A DNA stretch of 64,000 nucleotides from Gemmatimonadales bacterium (GTDB lineage Bacteria; Gemmatimonadota; Gemmatimonadetes; Gemmatimonadales; GWC2-71-9), in NCBI GenBank assembly GCA_041577295.1, contig JBFGJG010000023.1:1-64000 (forward strand), written 5' to 3'. The notes under the pieces were generated by a model that was not told where the DNA came from, did not search any database, and saw nothing but the letters and a program-made list of their open reading frames with translations. Below, piece by piece: positions 20,461 through 29,716 of the stretch. Numbering within the stretch: position 1 is the first letter of the stretch; each line of letters begins with the position of its first letter. Both the position numbers and the translations under genes were made by a program.

Positions 20461-20838
20461 GTGCCGCACCTCACGTTCGAATACTCGAGCAACGTCCTCG
20501 GACCGCCGTCGTGGGACGACGTCTTTCAGCGTGCTCACGATGTCCTGGTCGAGGTCGGACAGATCCGGCGCGCAAACTGCAAGAGTCGAGCGGTGCGACG
20601 CGATCAGTATTTGGTAGGGAGCGGCGGGGACACCGAGGCGTTTGTCCATTTGGACGTCCGGTTCCTTGAGGGAAGGACGTCGGACGTCAAGAGATCGATT
20701 GGGCAGGCGTTACTCAATCTCCTTCGGGATGAGTTCCGCGCAGACGACGGCTCACGGGATGTACAAGTCACCGTGGAGATCCGAGATATCCGGAACGAGG
20801 AGTACTTCAAGTTTCCGCCGGGCACCTTGCACTATTGA
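20461..20838 (+). CDS. 5-carboxymethyl-2-hydroxymuconate isomerase-like tautomerase
   Basis: N-terminal Pro (PHLTFEYSSN), KSRA, FVH......EGR. Confidence 0.85.
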   Translation: MPHLTFEYSSNVLGPPSWDDVFQRAHDVLVEVGQIRRANCKSRAVRRDQYLVGSGGDTEAFVHLDVRFLEGRTSDVKRSIGQALLNLLRDEFRADDGSRDVQVTVEIRDIRNEEYFKFPPGTLHY

Positions 20839-20848
20839 GGACGGGACA

Positions 20849-21166
20849 ATGATCAGTCGCATCTGGCATGGTTGGACCACGCAACAAAACGCCGACGCTT
20901 ACGAGCGCCTGTTGCGCGAAGAGATTCTCCCCGGCATAGCCAACAAGGGAATTCCGGGGTATCACGGAGCGCATCTGTTCCGCCGGCCGCAGGGGGAAGA
21001 AGTCGAGTTTGTCACCATCTTGTGGTTCGACTCCCTGGACGATGTGCGGCTTCTCGCCGGTCAGGAGTATGAAGCTGCCTACGTGCCTCCGGCCGCGCGC
21101 GTAGTCTTGGCCCGATTCGACACGCATTCACAGCACTACAAGGTGGTGCTGACTCCTGGAGATTGA
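20849..21166 (+). CDS. ABM-like dimeric alpha/beta barrel protein
   Basis: MISRIWHGWT..NADAYE, F.SLDDV..AG..YE.A.VP pattern. Confidence 0.75.
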   Translation: MISRIWHGWTTQQNADAYERLLREEILPGIANKGIPGYHGAHLFRRPQGEEVEFVTILWFDSLDDVRLLAGQEYEAAYVPPAARVVLARFDTHSQHYKVVLTPGD

Positions 21167-21167
21167 G

Positions 21168-21701
21168 ATGTCCGAATTCACCAACCCCGCCTATGGCGTT
21201 CGCGCCACCTCGGAGGCATACGTCAAGGCGCTCCTCGCCCTTCTCGCGGATCGCGATCCCATTGACGTGCTCCGTGATACCCCCGTTACGCTTCGCCGGC
21301 GCATCGAGAACCTCTCACCTGAAGAGCTCCAACGACCTGAGCGGCCGGGAAAATGGTCGGCGGCGGAGGTCGTGCAACATTTGGCCGATTCGGACCTGGT
21401 GTGGGCGTATCGGCTCCGCATGGTGCTCGCTCAGGAGCGCCCCGAGCTGAGTGGGTACGACCAAGACCGCTGGGCTCGCCGCTTTCGGTACGGTGACCGG
21501 CCGGTCACACAGGCCATCGATCAATTCGTGTTCCTGCGGACCATGAACTTGGGTCTGATCGAGGATCTACAACCCGACGACCTAGTGCGCGTCGCCGTGC
21601 ACCGAGAGCGCGGCGAGGAGAGCGTGGCCCTCATGCTCCGGCTCTATGCCGGCCACGATCTCGTGCATCTGAACCAGCTCGATCGCATCCTCGCAGGCTA
21701 G
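21168..21701 (+). CDS. DinB-family protein (YfiT-like)
   Basis: GKWS..EVV.HL.D, YDQD.W, H.ERG, GHD.VHL.Q. Confidence 0.9.
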   Translation: MSEFTNPAYGVRATSEAYVKALLALLADRDPIDVLRDTPVTLRRRIENLSPEELQRPERPGKWSAAEVVQHLADSDLVWAYRLRMVLAQERPELSGYDQDRWARRFRYGDRPVTQAIDQFVFLRTMNLGLIEDLQPDDLVRVAVHRERGEESVALMLRLYAGHDLVHLNQLDRILAG

Positions 21702-21898
21702 AAAGGAGCTTCGCACGTAGGCCTGGACCGAACGGCCTGCTCCTCCGATCGCCCTGGGCGGATGCACATGTCCATCGGACGCAGAATGTCATTCCCTCAC
21801 CGTCGCGAACGCCGATGGTGCCAGACTCGAACCCATCAGCTATCTCTAGGCCGTCCCCGAGCATCCGCAGACCGTGATACTGTGAGCTGGCACTTGAA

Positions 21899-22774
21899 TC
21901 AACGCCGCACCCGCGCGAGAAACTCCCGTGCCACGGCTCGCGCATCGCGGTGTTCCACGTCAACGAGGTAGTTGAGGCGGCGCATCGACTCTTCATTCAG
22001 CACGTCGCCCAACTCCCGGAGTGCGGCGCGTACCTCGGCACGGGACTCAACCACGTCCCGCCGAACGACCGGTGCCGCTTCGTACGGCGGGAAATACCCG
22101 CGATCATCCTGCAGGTGAAACAGATCGAGTTGCTCGATCTGACCGTCCGTCGAATTGCCGGCGATGATGTCGACACGCCCCTCGGCAAGGGCGCGGTAGG
22201 TGAGCCCGAGATCCATGATGGCCGGTTGAGCCGCGAAGGTGAGCCCGTAGACCTCCGCGAGCCCGGGAAACCCATCCGCCCGACGTGAAAACTCATAACC
22301 AAAGCCTGGACGCCACTTGGATGCATGGGGAACGGCTTGCGACAACGTGGTGATCCCAAACCGCCTGGCATCCTCACCGCGAATGAGCATCGCAAAGGTG
22401 TTGTTGAATCCCAGCGGCTCGGTCCAATCGAGCTTCCACCGCTGCGCGTAAATCTCCGCCACCTGACGCCGCACCACTTGGGGATCCCGCTCCGTTGACA
22501 ACTGGAGAATCGCGGAGTGCGCCGTCCCCGTGTACTCGACGTAGACGTCGAGCTGCCCGGCGATCAACGCTTCATGACACACGAAGGTGCCTCCGAGAAA
22601 GAACTTCCTCCGCACGTCAACCCCCGCCATCTCGAGTTTCTGCGCGACAATCTCGCCGAGAATGAGCGACTCCGTGAAGTTCTTTGAACCCACGGTAATA
22701 GCGTCGCGACCGCTGCAATGAGCCAGCACCACGACGAGCGCCAGGAGACCAAGCAGGTGGGTGACACGACGCAT
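21899..22774 (-). CDS. Osmoprotectant ABC transporter substrate-binding lipoprotein (OsmF/OpuBC-like)
   Basis: VGSKNFTE, EYTGT, GFNNTFA, DD..YFPPY. Confidence 0.92.
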   Translation of the reverse strand: MRRVTHLLGLLALVVVLAHCSGRDAITVGSKNFTESLILGEIVAQKLEMAGVDVRRKFFLGGTFVCHEALIAGQLDVYVEYTGTAHSAILQLSTERDPQVVRRQVAEIYAQRWKLDWTEPLGFNNTFAMLIRGEDARRFGITTLSQAVPHASKWRPGFGYEFSRRADGFPGLAEVYGLTFAAQPAIMDLGLTYRALAEGRVDIIAGNSTDGQIEQLDLFHLQDDRGYFPPYEAAPVVRRDVVESRAEVRAALRELGDVLNEESMRRLNYLVDVEHRDARAVAREFLARVRR

Positions 22775-23413
22775 TTATCGAGATCTCCAATCCAAGCGCT
22801 TCTCCACCAAGTGAAGGCCCCCATCCACCAGTAACGCGAGAAGCGCTGCCGGTACGGCCCCGGCGAGAATCTGATTGTTGTTGACCATGGCGACGCCAGA
22901 GAAGATGAACACGCCGAGGCCCCCCGCACCGATGGCGGCGGCGATCGTGGCAATCCCCACACCGATGACCGTCGCCACGCGAATCCCGGTGAGCATGACC
23001 GGCGCCGCGAGTGGCAGTTCCACCATGCGCAGGAGTTGGCGGTCCGTCATCCCCATGCCGCGAGCGGCATCGCGAACCGACGCATCCACACCGCTGATGC
23101 CAGTGTAGGTGTTGCGAATGATGGGGAGGAGTGCATAGAGCACGAGTGCCACGATCGCAGTCCGAGCGCCAATCCCCCCGATAAACGGCAGCGGGATCAA
23201 GAAACCAAACAACGCCAAGCTCGGAATCGTTTGCACCACATTGGCCACCCCGAGGATCGGCGTTCGCACCCGTTCGTTGCGCGTAAGCCAGATCCCGAGC
23301 GGGACACCGGCCGCCGTCGCCACGGCCGAAGAGATGGCAACGAGCCCGAGGTGCTCCACGGTCCGCAACCATATCTCGCCGCGATTCGCGACGAGAAATT
23401 CAAGAAAGCTCAC
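22775..23413 (-). CDS. Osmoprotectant ABC transporter permease
   Basis: QTIPSLALFG, DAARGMGM, VELPLA, IGAGGLG. Confidence 0.93.
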   Translation of the reverse strand: MSFLEFLVANRGEIWLRTVEHLGLVAISSAVATAAGVPLGIWLTRNERVRTPILGVANVVQTIPSLALFGFLIPLPFIGGIGARTAIVALVLYALLPIIRNTYTGISGVDASVRDAARGMGMTDRQLLRMVELPLAAPVMLTGIRVATVIGVGIATIAAAIGAGGLGVFIFSGVAMVNNNQILAGAVPAALLALLVDGGLHLVEKRLDWRSR

Positions 23414-24134
23414 GAGCTTCTCGGAACGATCGGACCGGCTCGAGGTCGGTGCGGCGAAACTCTGCAGTGTCTCCCAGGAAGGCCAGCGCGCCCTTCTCCA
23501 TGAAGGCGATGCGGTCGCCCAGGAGCATCGCCTCGTCCAGATCGTGCGTGACGAACACGACGGTCTTATCGAGCTCGTCGGTCAGGACACGAAACTCGCG
23601 CTGGAGGTCGGCCCGCGTGATGGGATCGACCGCGCCGAACGGTTCGTCACACAGGAGCAGCGGCGGATCAGCCGCAAGCGCACGAGCCAGGCCGACTCTT
23701 TGCCGTTGGCCACCGGACAGCTCGTGTGGCAACCGCGTCGCAAAGCGGTGCGGCTCGAGCCCCACGAGGCGGAGGAGTTCCGCGACCCGGGTTTCGATCC
23801 GCTCGGCGGTCCATTCCTCCAATCGGGGCACGAGTCCCACGTTCTGTGCGACGGTGAAGTGTGGGAAGAGGCCAACCTCCTGAATGACATACCCGATCGA
23901 TCGTCGGAGGCGCACGACGTCCCAATCGGTCGTTGCGGTGCCAGACACGAGCACGGTCCCAGCTGTCGGTAGCACGAGCGCATTGATCAGCCGGAGCGTC
24001 GTGGTCTTTCCCGATCCGCTTCGGCCCAACAGGACCAGCCGTTCACCACGTCGAACATCGAGCTCGAGCGGGCCGACGATGCACCGTCCGTTGATGTGGA
24101 ACGCCGCTGCCTGAAACGCGACCGCTATCTCCAC
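23400..24134 (-). CDS. Osmoprotectant ABC transporter ATP-binding subunit
   Basis: GRSGSGKTT, LSGGQRQR, DEPF, VTHD; IGYVIQ..GLFPH. Confidence 0.93.
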   Translation of the reverse strand: MEIAVAFQAAAFHINGRCIVGPLELDVRRGERLVLLGRSGSGKTTTLRLINALVLPTAGTVLVSGTATTDWDVVRLRRSIGYVIQEVGLFPHFTVAQNVGLVPRLEEWTAERIETRVAELLRLVGLEPHRFATRLPHELSGGQRQRVGLARALAADPPLLLCDEPFGAVDPITRADLQREFRVLTDELDKTVVFVTHDLDEAMLLGDRIAFMEKGALAFLGDTAEFRRTDLEPVRSFREARELS

Positions 24135-24227
24135 GATACGAGCGCGGGCGGTGCGATGCCGGGGGTTGCGCCTCGTGGCAACGCCATCGAAACTCGGAGG
24201 GTGTCCACTCCGTAGGGTGACGTTCGT

Positions 24228-24599
24228 ATGATGGGATTCTTCGCTCGACTGCTCATTACCTCGATCGGTCTTTGGCTCGCCGATGTCCTCTTGGGCGGCG
24301 TGCGGTTCGATAACGCCGTAGCGCTATTCCTCGCAGCACTCCTCCTGGGGTTCGCCAATGCGGTGGTCCGCCCCATCGTGATCTTTCTCACGCTACCGAT
24401 CACGCTGGTGACGCTCGGGCTCTTTCTGCTCGTGATCAACGGCCTCATGGTCATGGGGGTGGCGTGGCTCATGCCGTCGTTCCACCTCGCTGGCCTCGGT
24501 CCAGCGATCCTCGCGTCCATCATCGTTAGTGTGACCGGGTGGGCAGCAAACGCGTTCATCGGGACGAATAAGGCCGCGGTCTGGGTCGGCAAGCGCTAG
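24228..24599 (+). CDS. YvlD-like 4-TM membrane protein (often annotated phage holin family)
   Basis: NA.VRPI...LTLP....TLGLF..VING signature. Confidence 0.85.
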   Translation: MMGFFARLLITSIGLWLADVLLGGVRFDNAVALFLAALLLGFANAVVRPIVIFLTLPITLVTLGLFLLVINGLMVMGVAWLMPSFHLAGLGPAILASIIVSVTGWAANAFIGTNKAAVWVGKR

Positions 24600-24614
24600 C
24601 TACCCCGCCCTGCT

Positions 24615-25052
24615 TCACTCACTTCCGATGACCACCCCGACCACTTTGCGTGAACGACGGCGGTTATCGAGGTTGATCACGACGAGCTGTTGCCACGTTC
24701 CCAACTGCAGACGCCCACCAATGATCGGTATGGAAAGGGACGTCTTGAGTAGCGCCGACCGAACATGCGAGAAGCCGTTCCCATCACCCCAACGAGCGTT
24801 GTGCTCGTAGTGTCCCTCCACCGGAGCTAACGCCTCCAAGGCACGCTCCAAGTCTGCGAGCGCGCCAGGCTCGTACTCGATCGTCGTGATCGCTCCGGTC
24901 GACCCAACCAGGGTGACCGACAGGAGACCAACGTCGACAACGGCCCCGGCGACCAGCGCCTCGACATCGGGTGTGATATCCCGGTGCCCGAACACGGCCG
25001 GCAGATCGTACGTCCAGGAATCCTTGATGACCTTCGCTTGTCGCTCGACCAT
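24615..25052 (-). CDS. yjbQ: YjbQ/UPF0047 family protein
   Basis: DITP, EYEP, Y.H....GD.NG.SH, LGTWQ. Confidence 0.88.
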   Translation of the reverse strand: MVERQAKVIKDSWTYDLPAVFGHRDITPDVEALVAGAVVDVGLLSVTLVGSTGAITTIEYEPGALADLERALEALAPVEGHYEHNARWGDGNGFSHVRSALLKTSLSIPIIGGRLQLGTWQQLVVINLDNRRRSRKVVGVVIGSE

Positions 25053-25066
25053 GTTTCACACCTCGA

Positions 25067-25103
25067 CCCAATCCCGCCAATCCCGCCAATCCCGCCAATC
25101 CCG
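25067..25103. repeat. Perfect 9-bp tandem repeat (CCAATCCCG)x4
   Basis: Read directly: units start at 25068, 25077, 25086 and 25095, between divergent yjbQ and the antiporter gene. Confidence 0.95.
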
Positions 25104-25152
25104 CTGCTAATGTAGCCCGTCAAGTGACCGGCCGCAGGTATATTCTCTCCCC

Positions 25153-27144
25153 ATGCACGACATCACGATCCTGCGCGACCTCGTGATCCTCGTCGCGGTC
25201 GCGATGCCGGTGGTCGCGCTGGCCCACCGGTTCCGGATTCCCACGGTCGTCGGATTCCTGGTGACGGGCATGGTGATCGGCCCGCACGCCTTGCGGCTGA
25301 TCCGCGGACCCGAAAGCGTGGCCGAGTTGGCGGAGATTGGCGTCGTCCTGCTCCTGTTCACGATCGGACTCGAGCTTTCCCTCGCTCGCATCATCCGCTT
25401 GGGGCGGTTCCTCGTCCAGGGTGGGCTGCTTCAGGTTGGCGGAACGCTGGCCGCGGTGGCGGGCATCGCCGCCGTGCTGGGCGTCTCCTGGCGTGAGGCC
25501 ATAGTGTACGGCGCGCTCGTGGCCCTGTCGTCCACGGCCGTGGTTCTCAAGCTCTACAAAGACCGTGGCGAGCTGGACACGCCTCATGGGCGGGTGGTGG
25601 TCGCTATCCTCTTGTTCCAGGATCTTTGCGTAGTGCCCCTGATGCTGCTCGTGCCGCTGCTGGCGGGCACCGGTGGCGGCTTGATCGGCGCCGCGAAGGC
25701 GATCGGCATCAGCCTGGCGGTGGTCGGAGCGCTCGTCCTCGGGGGGCGAATCGCGATCCCGTGGGTGCTCGAACGCGTTGTCGGCCTCGAAAATCGCGAG
25801 ATCTTCACGCTTGGAATCGTGTTCTTTGGTGTTGGGGCCGCTTACGTGACGGCGAGCTTTGGGCTCTCACTCGCTCTGGGCGCGTTCATCGCGGGCCTCG
25901 TCATCTCCGAATCGGAATACGGCATGCAGGCGCTCTCCGACGTGCTCCCATTCCGCGACACATTCACGGGGATGTTTTTCATCTCGATCGGCATGCTGCT
26001 GGACATCGCGTTCGTCGTTGCCAACATGGGGCTGATCCTCGGGACTACGCTCCTCGTCTTCGCTCTCAAAACCGTTATCGCCGGGATCGCCACGCGGTCC
26101 CTCCGCCGTTCCACAGAGGTGAGCGTGATGTCCGGTCTGGGCCTGGCCCAGGTCGGCGAGTTCTCCTTCGTGCTGGCAGGGGTCGCGGCTCCGCTCGGCC
26201 TTCTCGGACCGAGCGAGTATCAGGTTTTTCTCGGTGCCAGCATTCTCACCATGCTAGCGGCACCGTTCGCGATCGCTGGTGCAGGACCGATCGCCAGACG
26301 AGTGTGTCGGCTCGCCAACCTCCCGGCGCTCGAGATTTTGCCGCACGACGAGCAGTCGGTGGCCACCCTCGACGATCACGTCATCATCGTTGGCTACGGC
26401 GTCAACGGGCGGAACCTCGCGCGTGTGCTCAAAGCCGCTGGCATTCGATACATCATTCTGGAGCAGAACGGTCAGGCCGTTCGCCGCGCTCGCATGGAGC
26501 GCGAGCCGATTTTCTTTGGAGATGGCACCAGCCGGGAGGTGCTCGAGCGGGTGGGGATCGAACGGGCCCGCATCCTCGTGTTCGCCATCTCGGCACCGGC
26601 AGACGAACGCCGCGGCGCCGCCATTGCGCGCACGCTCAGTCCCTCGGTGCGCATCATCGTCCGCACGCGCTATGTAGCCGCGGTCGAGGAGCTCACCAAG
26701 CTCGGCGCTGATGAGGTCGTCCCCGAGGAGTTCGAAACGTCCATCGAGATCTTTGCCCGGGTGCTGAGGCTGTATGGCGTGCCACGAAACGTGATCGATC
26801 GCGAGGTCCGCGCAGTCCGCGGTGAACGGTACGAGATGTTGCGCGGCTTGACCCTTCCCGATCTTCAGCTCGATGCCCTCAAGCACATCGGCGTCCACGA
26901 CGCGCTCGACACCATCCAGGTGGAACCAGGAGCACGGGCCGTTGGCGAGAACCCCGTGTCACTGAGCCTGCGGCGTGAAACGGGCGCGATCGTGCTGGCG
27001 GTCATCCGAGACGGCGTGGCACGCTACACGCCGGACCCGGACTTTCGCTTTCAGCCGGGAGATACCGTGGTGTTGATGGGAGACCAGCAATCGCTGGAGC
27101 GCGCCGCGCAAGTCTTCCGCGTCAGCTATTCGTCACTGAGCTAG
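25153..27144 (+). CDS. CPA2/Kef-type cation:proton antiporter with RCK-N and RCK-C domains
   Basis: LF.IGLE, LSSTAVV, LLFQD, LGAF.AG, Q.GEFSFV; GYGVNG Rossmann motif; C-terminal TrkA-C domain. Confidence 0.93.
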   Translation: MHDITILRDLVILVAVAMPVVALAHRFRIPTVVGFLVTGMVIGPHALRLIRGPESVAELAEIGVVLLLFTIGLELSLARIIRLGRFLVQGGLLQVGGTLAAVAGIAAVLGVSWREAIVYGALVALSSTAVVLKLYKDRGELDTPHGRVVVAILLFQDLCVVPLMLLVPLLAGTGGGLIGAAKAIGISLAVVGALVLGGRIAIPWVLERVVGLENREIFTLGIVFFGVGAAYVTASFGLSLALGAFIAGLVISESEYGMQALSDVLPFRDTFTGMFFISIGMLLDIAFVVANMGLILGTTLLVFALKTVIAGIATRSLRRSTEVSVMSGLGLAQVGEFSFVLAGVAAPLGLLGPSEYQVFLGASILTMLAAPFAIAGAGPIARRVCRLANLPALEILPHDEQSVATLDDHVIIVGYGVNGRNLARVLKAAGIRYIILEQNGQAVRRARMEREPIFFGDGTSREVLERVGIERARILVFAISAPADERRGAAIARTLSPSVRIIVRTRYVAAVEELTKLGADEVVPEEFETSIEIFARVLRLYGVPRNVIDREVRAVRGERYEMLRGLTLPDLQLDALKHIGVHDALDTIQVEPGARAVGENPVSLSLRRETGAIVLAVIRDGVARYTPDPDFRFQPGDTVVLMGDQQSLERAAQVFRVSYSSLS

Positions 27145-28579
27145 GATCGATTGTTTCGACAGTAAAGCCGCGCCGCTTCATCTCACCCCAACCCTTGCCC
27201 CGACGCCACGAGGAAACGACGCCTCGAACGCGCCAGAACGCCAGCAGCTGGCGGAACCCGATGTGCTCCAACATCGCGAGCCAGAAGAGACGTAGCAGAT
27301 CACTGTAGCGGGGATACCGCCGGAAGGTGAGCTCCTCGAGCCCAACCGCCGCTATCGATAACGCGGTTCCAAAGATGTACGCGACCATGAAGAATGCGAG
27401 GACGTATAGTGTCGACGCCATGCCCAGCAACACGGTCAGCGCAAACACGATGTACCCCGTGAACTCCACCACGGGTCCGAACAGTTCGAGGAAGAAGAAG
27501 TGGGGGAAGGCCATGAACCCCACCTTGCCAAACCGTGGGTTGAACAACATGCGGATGTGCCGGGACAAACTCTCCGCGAGCCCACGCTGCCACCGGTCGC
27601 GCTGCCGGCCCAGCGGACCGAATCGCTCGGGACACTCCGTCCAGGCTACCGGATCCGGAATGAACGTGATGCGATAGGGAATGTTCTTTTCGCGGCAGTG
27701 GTGATGGAGACGGACGACGAGTTCCATGTCTTCGCCTACGGTGCGTCCCGTCGTCTTCTCGCTGGAGAAGCCGCCGGCATCCACCACGATCGAGCGTCGG
27801 AACAGTCCAAACGCACCGGAGATGATGAGTGTAGCGTCGAGCGCGGACCAACCCATCCTGCCGGCTAGGAAGGCGCGCAAATATTCGAGTACCTGGAGAC
27901 GTGCCAAATAGTTCTTGGACAGTCGTACGTCGGTGACCACGCCGTTGCGGACTGTACAGCCGTTGACGATGCGGATGATGCCGCCGGCAGCGACGGTCGA
28001 GCCATCCTCGAGAAATGGCCGAATGATCCTGGTCAACGCTTCCCGTTCGAGCAAGGTGTCCGCATCCATTGCGCAGAAGAACGGTGTGACGCAGATGTTG
28101 ATGCCGGCGTTCAGTGCGTCCGATTTCCCGCCGTTTTCTTTGTCCACCACCCACAGGTTGGGATATTGGCGGCTGCGGTAGATGCCCCGAACCGTCGCTG
28201 TGGCGAGCTCCGCCGTTGGGAGCCGTGCTGCCGGTTTGAGATCGAAAGAGTCCCGCATACGATCCATAGTGGCATCGGCGGAGCCATCGTTGACGACGAT
28301 GATCTCGTACTGTGGATAGTTGAGCGCGAGCAGCGATTCAGTGGAGTGGACGCACGTCAGCTCTTCGTTGTGCGCGGGAACGATGATCGTGATGGGTGGA
28401 GCGCCGGCGGACGCGATCAACTCCCGGATATCCAGCGATTTCAGGCGACGGGCATACTTTTTCAGCGCCTGAAAGGCGACCAAGCTCGTGAATAGGTACG
28501 TCGTATTCAGAAGGACGAAGTACGACAACACCACGATGTTGAAGAACTCGAGCACGCCTTGGGCGATGCCGCCAATCAT
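27122..28579 (-). CDS. Processive GT2 glycosyltransferase (PgaC/IcaA-like polysaccharide synthase)
   Basis: PAHNE, NDGS, KENGGKSDALN, DAD, GED, QRDRW, plus N- and C-terminal TM helices. Confidence 0.9.
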   Translation of the reverse strand: MIGGIAQGVLEFFNIVVLSYFVLLNTTYLFTSLVAFQALKKYARRLKSLDIRELIASAGAPPITIIVPAHNEELTCVHSTESLLALNYPQYEIIVVNDGSADATMDRMRDSFDLKPAARLPTAELATATVRGIYRSRQYPNLWVVDKENGGKSDALNAGINICVTPFFCAMDADTLLEREALTRIIRPFLEDGSTVAAGGIIRIVNGCTVRNGVVTDVRLSKNYLARLQVLEYLRAFLAGRMGWSALDATLIISGAFGLFRRSIVVDAGGFSSEKTTGRTVGEDMELVVRLHHHCREKNIPYRITFIPDPVAWTECPERFGPLGRQRDRWQRGLAESLSRHIRMLFNPRFGKVGFMAFPHFFFLELFGPVVEFTGYIVFALTVLLGMASTLYVLAFFMVAYIFGTALSIAAVGLEELTFRRYPRYSDLLRLFWLAMLEHIGFRQLLAFWRVRGVVSSWRRGKGWGEMKRRGFTVETIDPSSVTNS

Positions 28580-29664
28580 TCTTGTGTCTCCGCCAGCACC
28601 TGCACGGCCACCGACGCCCGGTCGTGCCCCGAGCTGGCCAGTTTGCGCAAGACATCGACGTCGCCCGCCTCTCGCAGTGCCCGTGCCGCGTTGATTGCCA
28701 CCCAGTGCGACTCATCATCGACCGCCAGCCGTCGCAGCTGGTCGAGATCGCCCGGCTCGCCCAGCGTGCCCAGCGCGGCAGCCGCCGTAGCGCGCACGAC
28801 GAAGTCGGGGGATGCCATCTGGCGGCGCACAATAGGAAGATGCGCGGGTCCACCCACGGTCCCAAGCAGTCGTAGACAGGACGCGCTCAGGTCACGTTGG
28901 GTTTCCGACTCGATCACCTTCGCGGCAACGGCGGCTGCGTCGAGATCGTGCAAATGCCGCAACGCCGTCGCGGCAATGGCCCGCACCTCCGGATCGATGG
29001 CGGAGTTTTCGAGCGTGCGGCGCAGTACGGGAGCCACCTCGGGACCCATCGAGGAGAGCATCGAGGCGAGAAAGCTCGGCCGCCAGCTGGTAAAACGATG
29101 CAGCCGGGCCAGCACCGCGTCGGCAAACTGCGGCGTCTCTTTCTTCGCCAGCGCGCGGGCTGCGATCATGGCGACGAGAGGAGATCGATCATCGAGCGCC
29201 GCAACCACCGTGTCGGCGTGTGACGGTAACCCCAACTCTCCCAGGGTTTGAACGGCGCGCGCGCGCCGCTCAGCGTCCGCACCGGTCGCTCGCTTCGCCA
29301 CCTGATCCAGGTACGGAGCCGCGAGTTGCCGCAACTTCGTTCGATCGGCGCCTCGCACGCGTCGGGCGTAGCGCAGCACCAGATCCACGAAGTAGAGTTC
29401 TTCGTCTGGTTCGACCAACTCCCGGACCGTGGCGGGACTCTGCTCCCCGGAAATCACCTGCAGAATCTTGGGCTCCCAACGGGACTCGAGTCGCTCCCAT
29501 TTCGCGGCAGTTCGCACGTTCTTCAGACGGAGCAGCAAGGTGATCGCAGCGAGCATGAGCGTCACCACGAACAGCGCGCCGATCGCAATGCTCAGGAGCA
29601 GAAAGACCCGCTCGTCCATCACCGCGGAAAACGGCAACTGGATCGCGCTTGCGCCGTCGATCAC
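28576..29664 (-). CDS. Membrane-anchored HEAT-repeat protein
   Basis: N-terminal TM helix; repeated units such as LDDRSPLVAMIAARAL and SPDFVVRATAAAALG; ATGA overlap with the GT2 gene. Confidence 0.85.
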   Translation of the reverse strand: MIDGASAIQLPFSAVMDERVFLLLSIAIGALFVVTLMLAAITLLLRLKNVRTAAKWERLESRWEPKILQVISGEQSPATVRELVEPDEELYFVDLVLRYARRVRGADRTKLRQLAAPYLDQVAKRATGADAERRARAVQTLGELGLPSHADTVVAALDDRSPLVAMIAARALAKKETPQFADAVLARLHRFTSWRPSFLASMLSSMGPEVAPVLRRTLENSAIDPEVRAIAATALRHLHDLDAAAVAAKVIESETQRDLSASCLRLLGTVGGPAHLPIVRRQMASPDFVVRATAAAALGTLGEPGDLDQLRRLAVDDESHWVAINAARALREAGDVDVLRKLASSGHDRASVAVQVLAETQE

Positions 29665-29716
29665 GCAACCTCCAGACGCGGCAACACCATTTGCCTACGG
29701 ATGCCATCGTCCGCCG

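Noticed and set aside
3419..21701. Integron cassette array as the explanation for the co-oriented small genes
   Set aside because: No repeated RYYYAAC...GTTRRRY attC-like elements seen, many gaps under 15 nt, and no integrase.
24228..24599. Prophage, suggested by the holin-family annotation
   Set aside because: YvlD-like proteins are common chromosomal membrane proteins and no phage genes are nearby.
25067..25103. CRISPR array or coding repeat (GGI/RQS peptides in shadow ORFs)
   Set aside because: Units are 9 bp with no spacers, no cas genes, and the ORFs crossing it are shadows.
27122..27144. 23-nt convergent overlap of the antiporter and GT2 3' ends
   Set aside because: Short tail-to-tail overlaps are common and nothing indicates a function.
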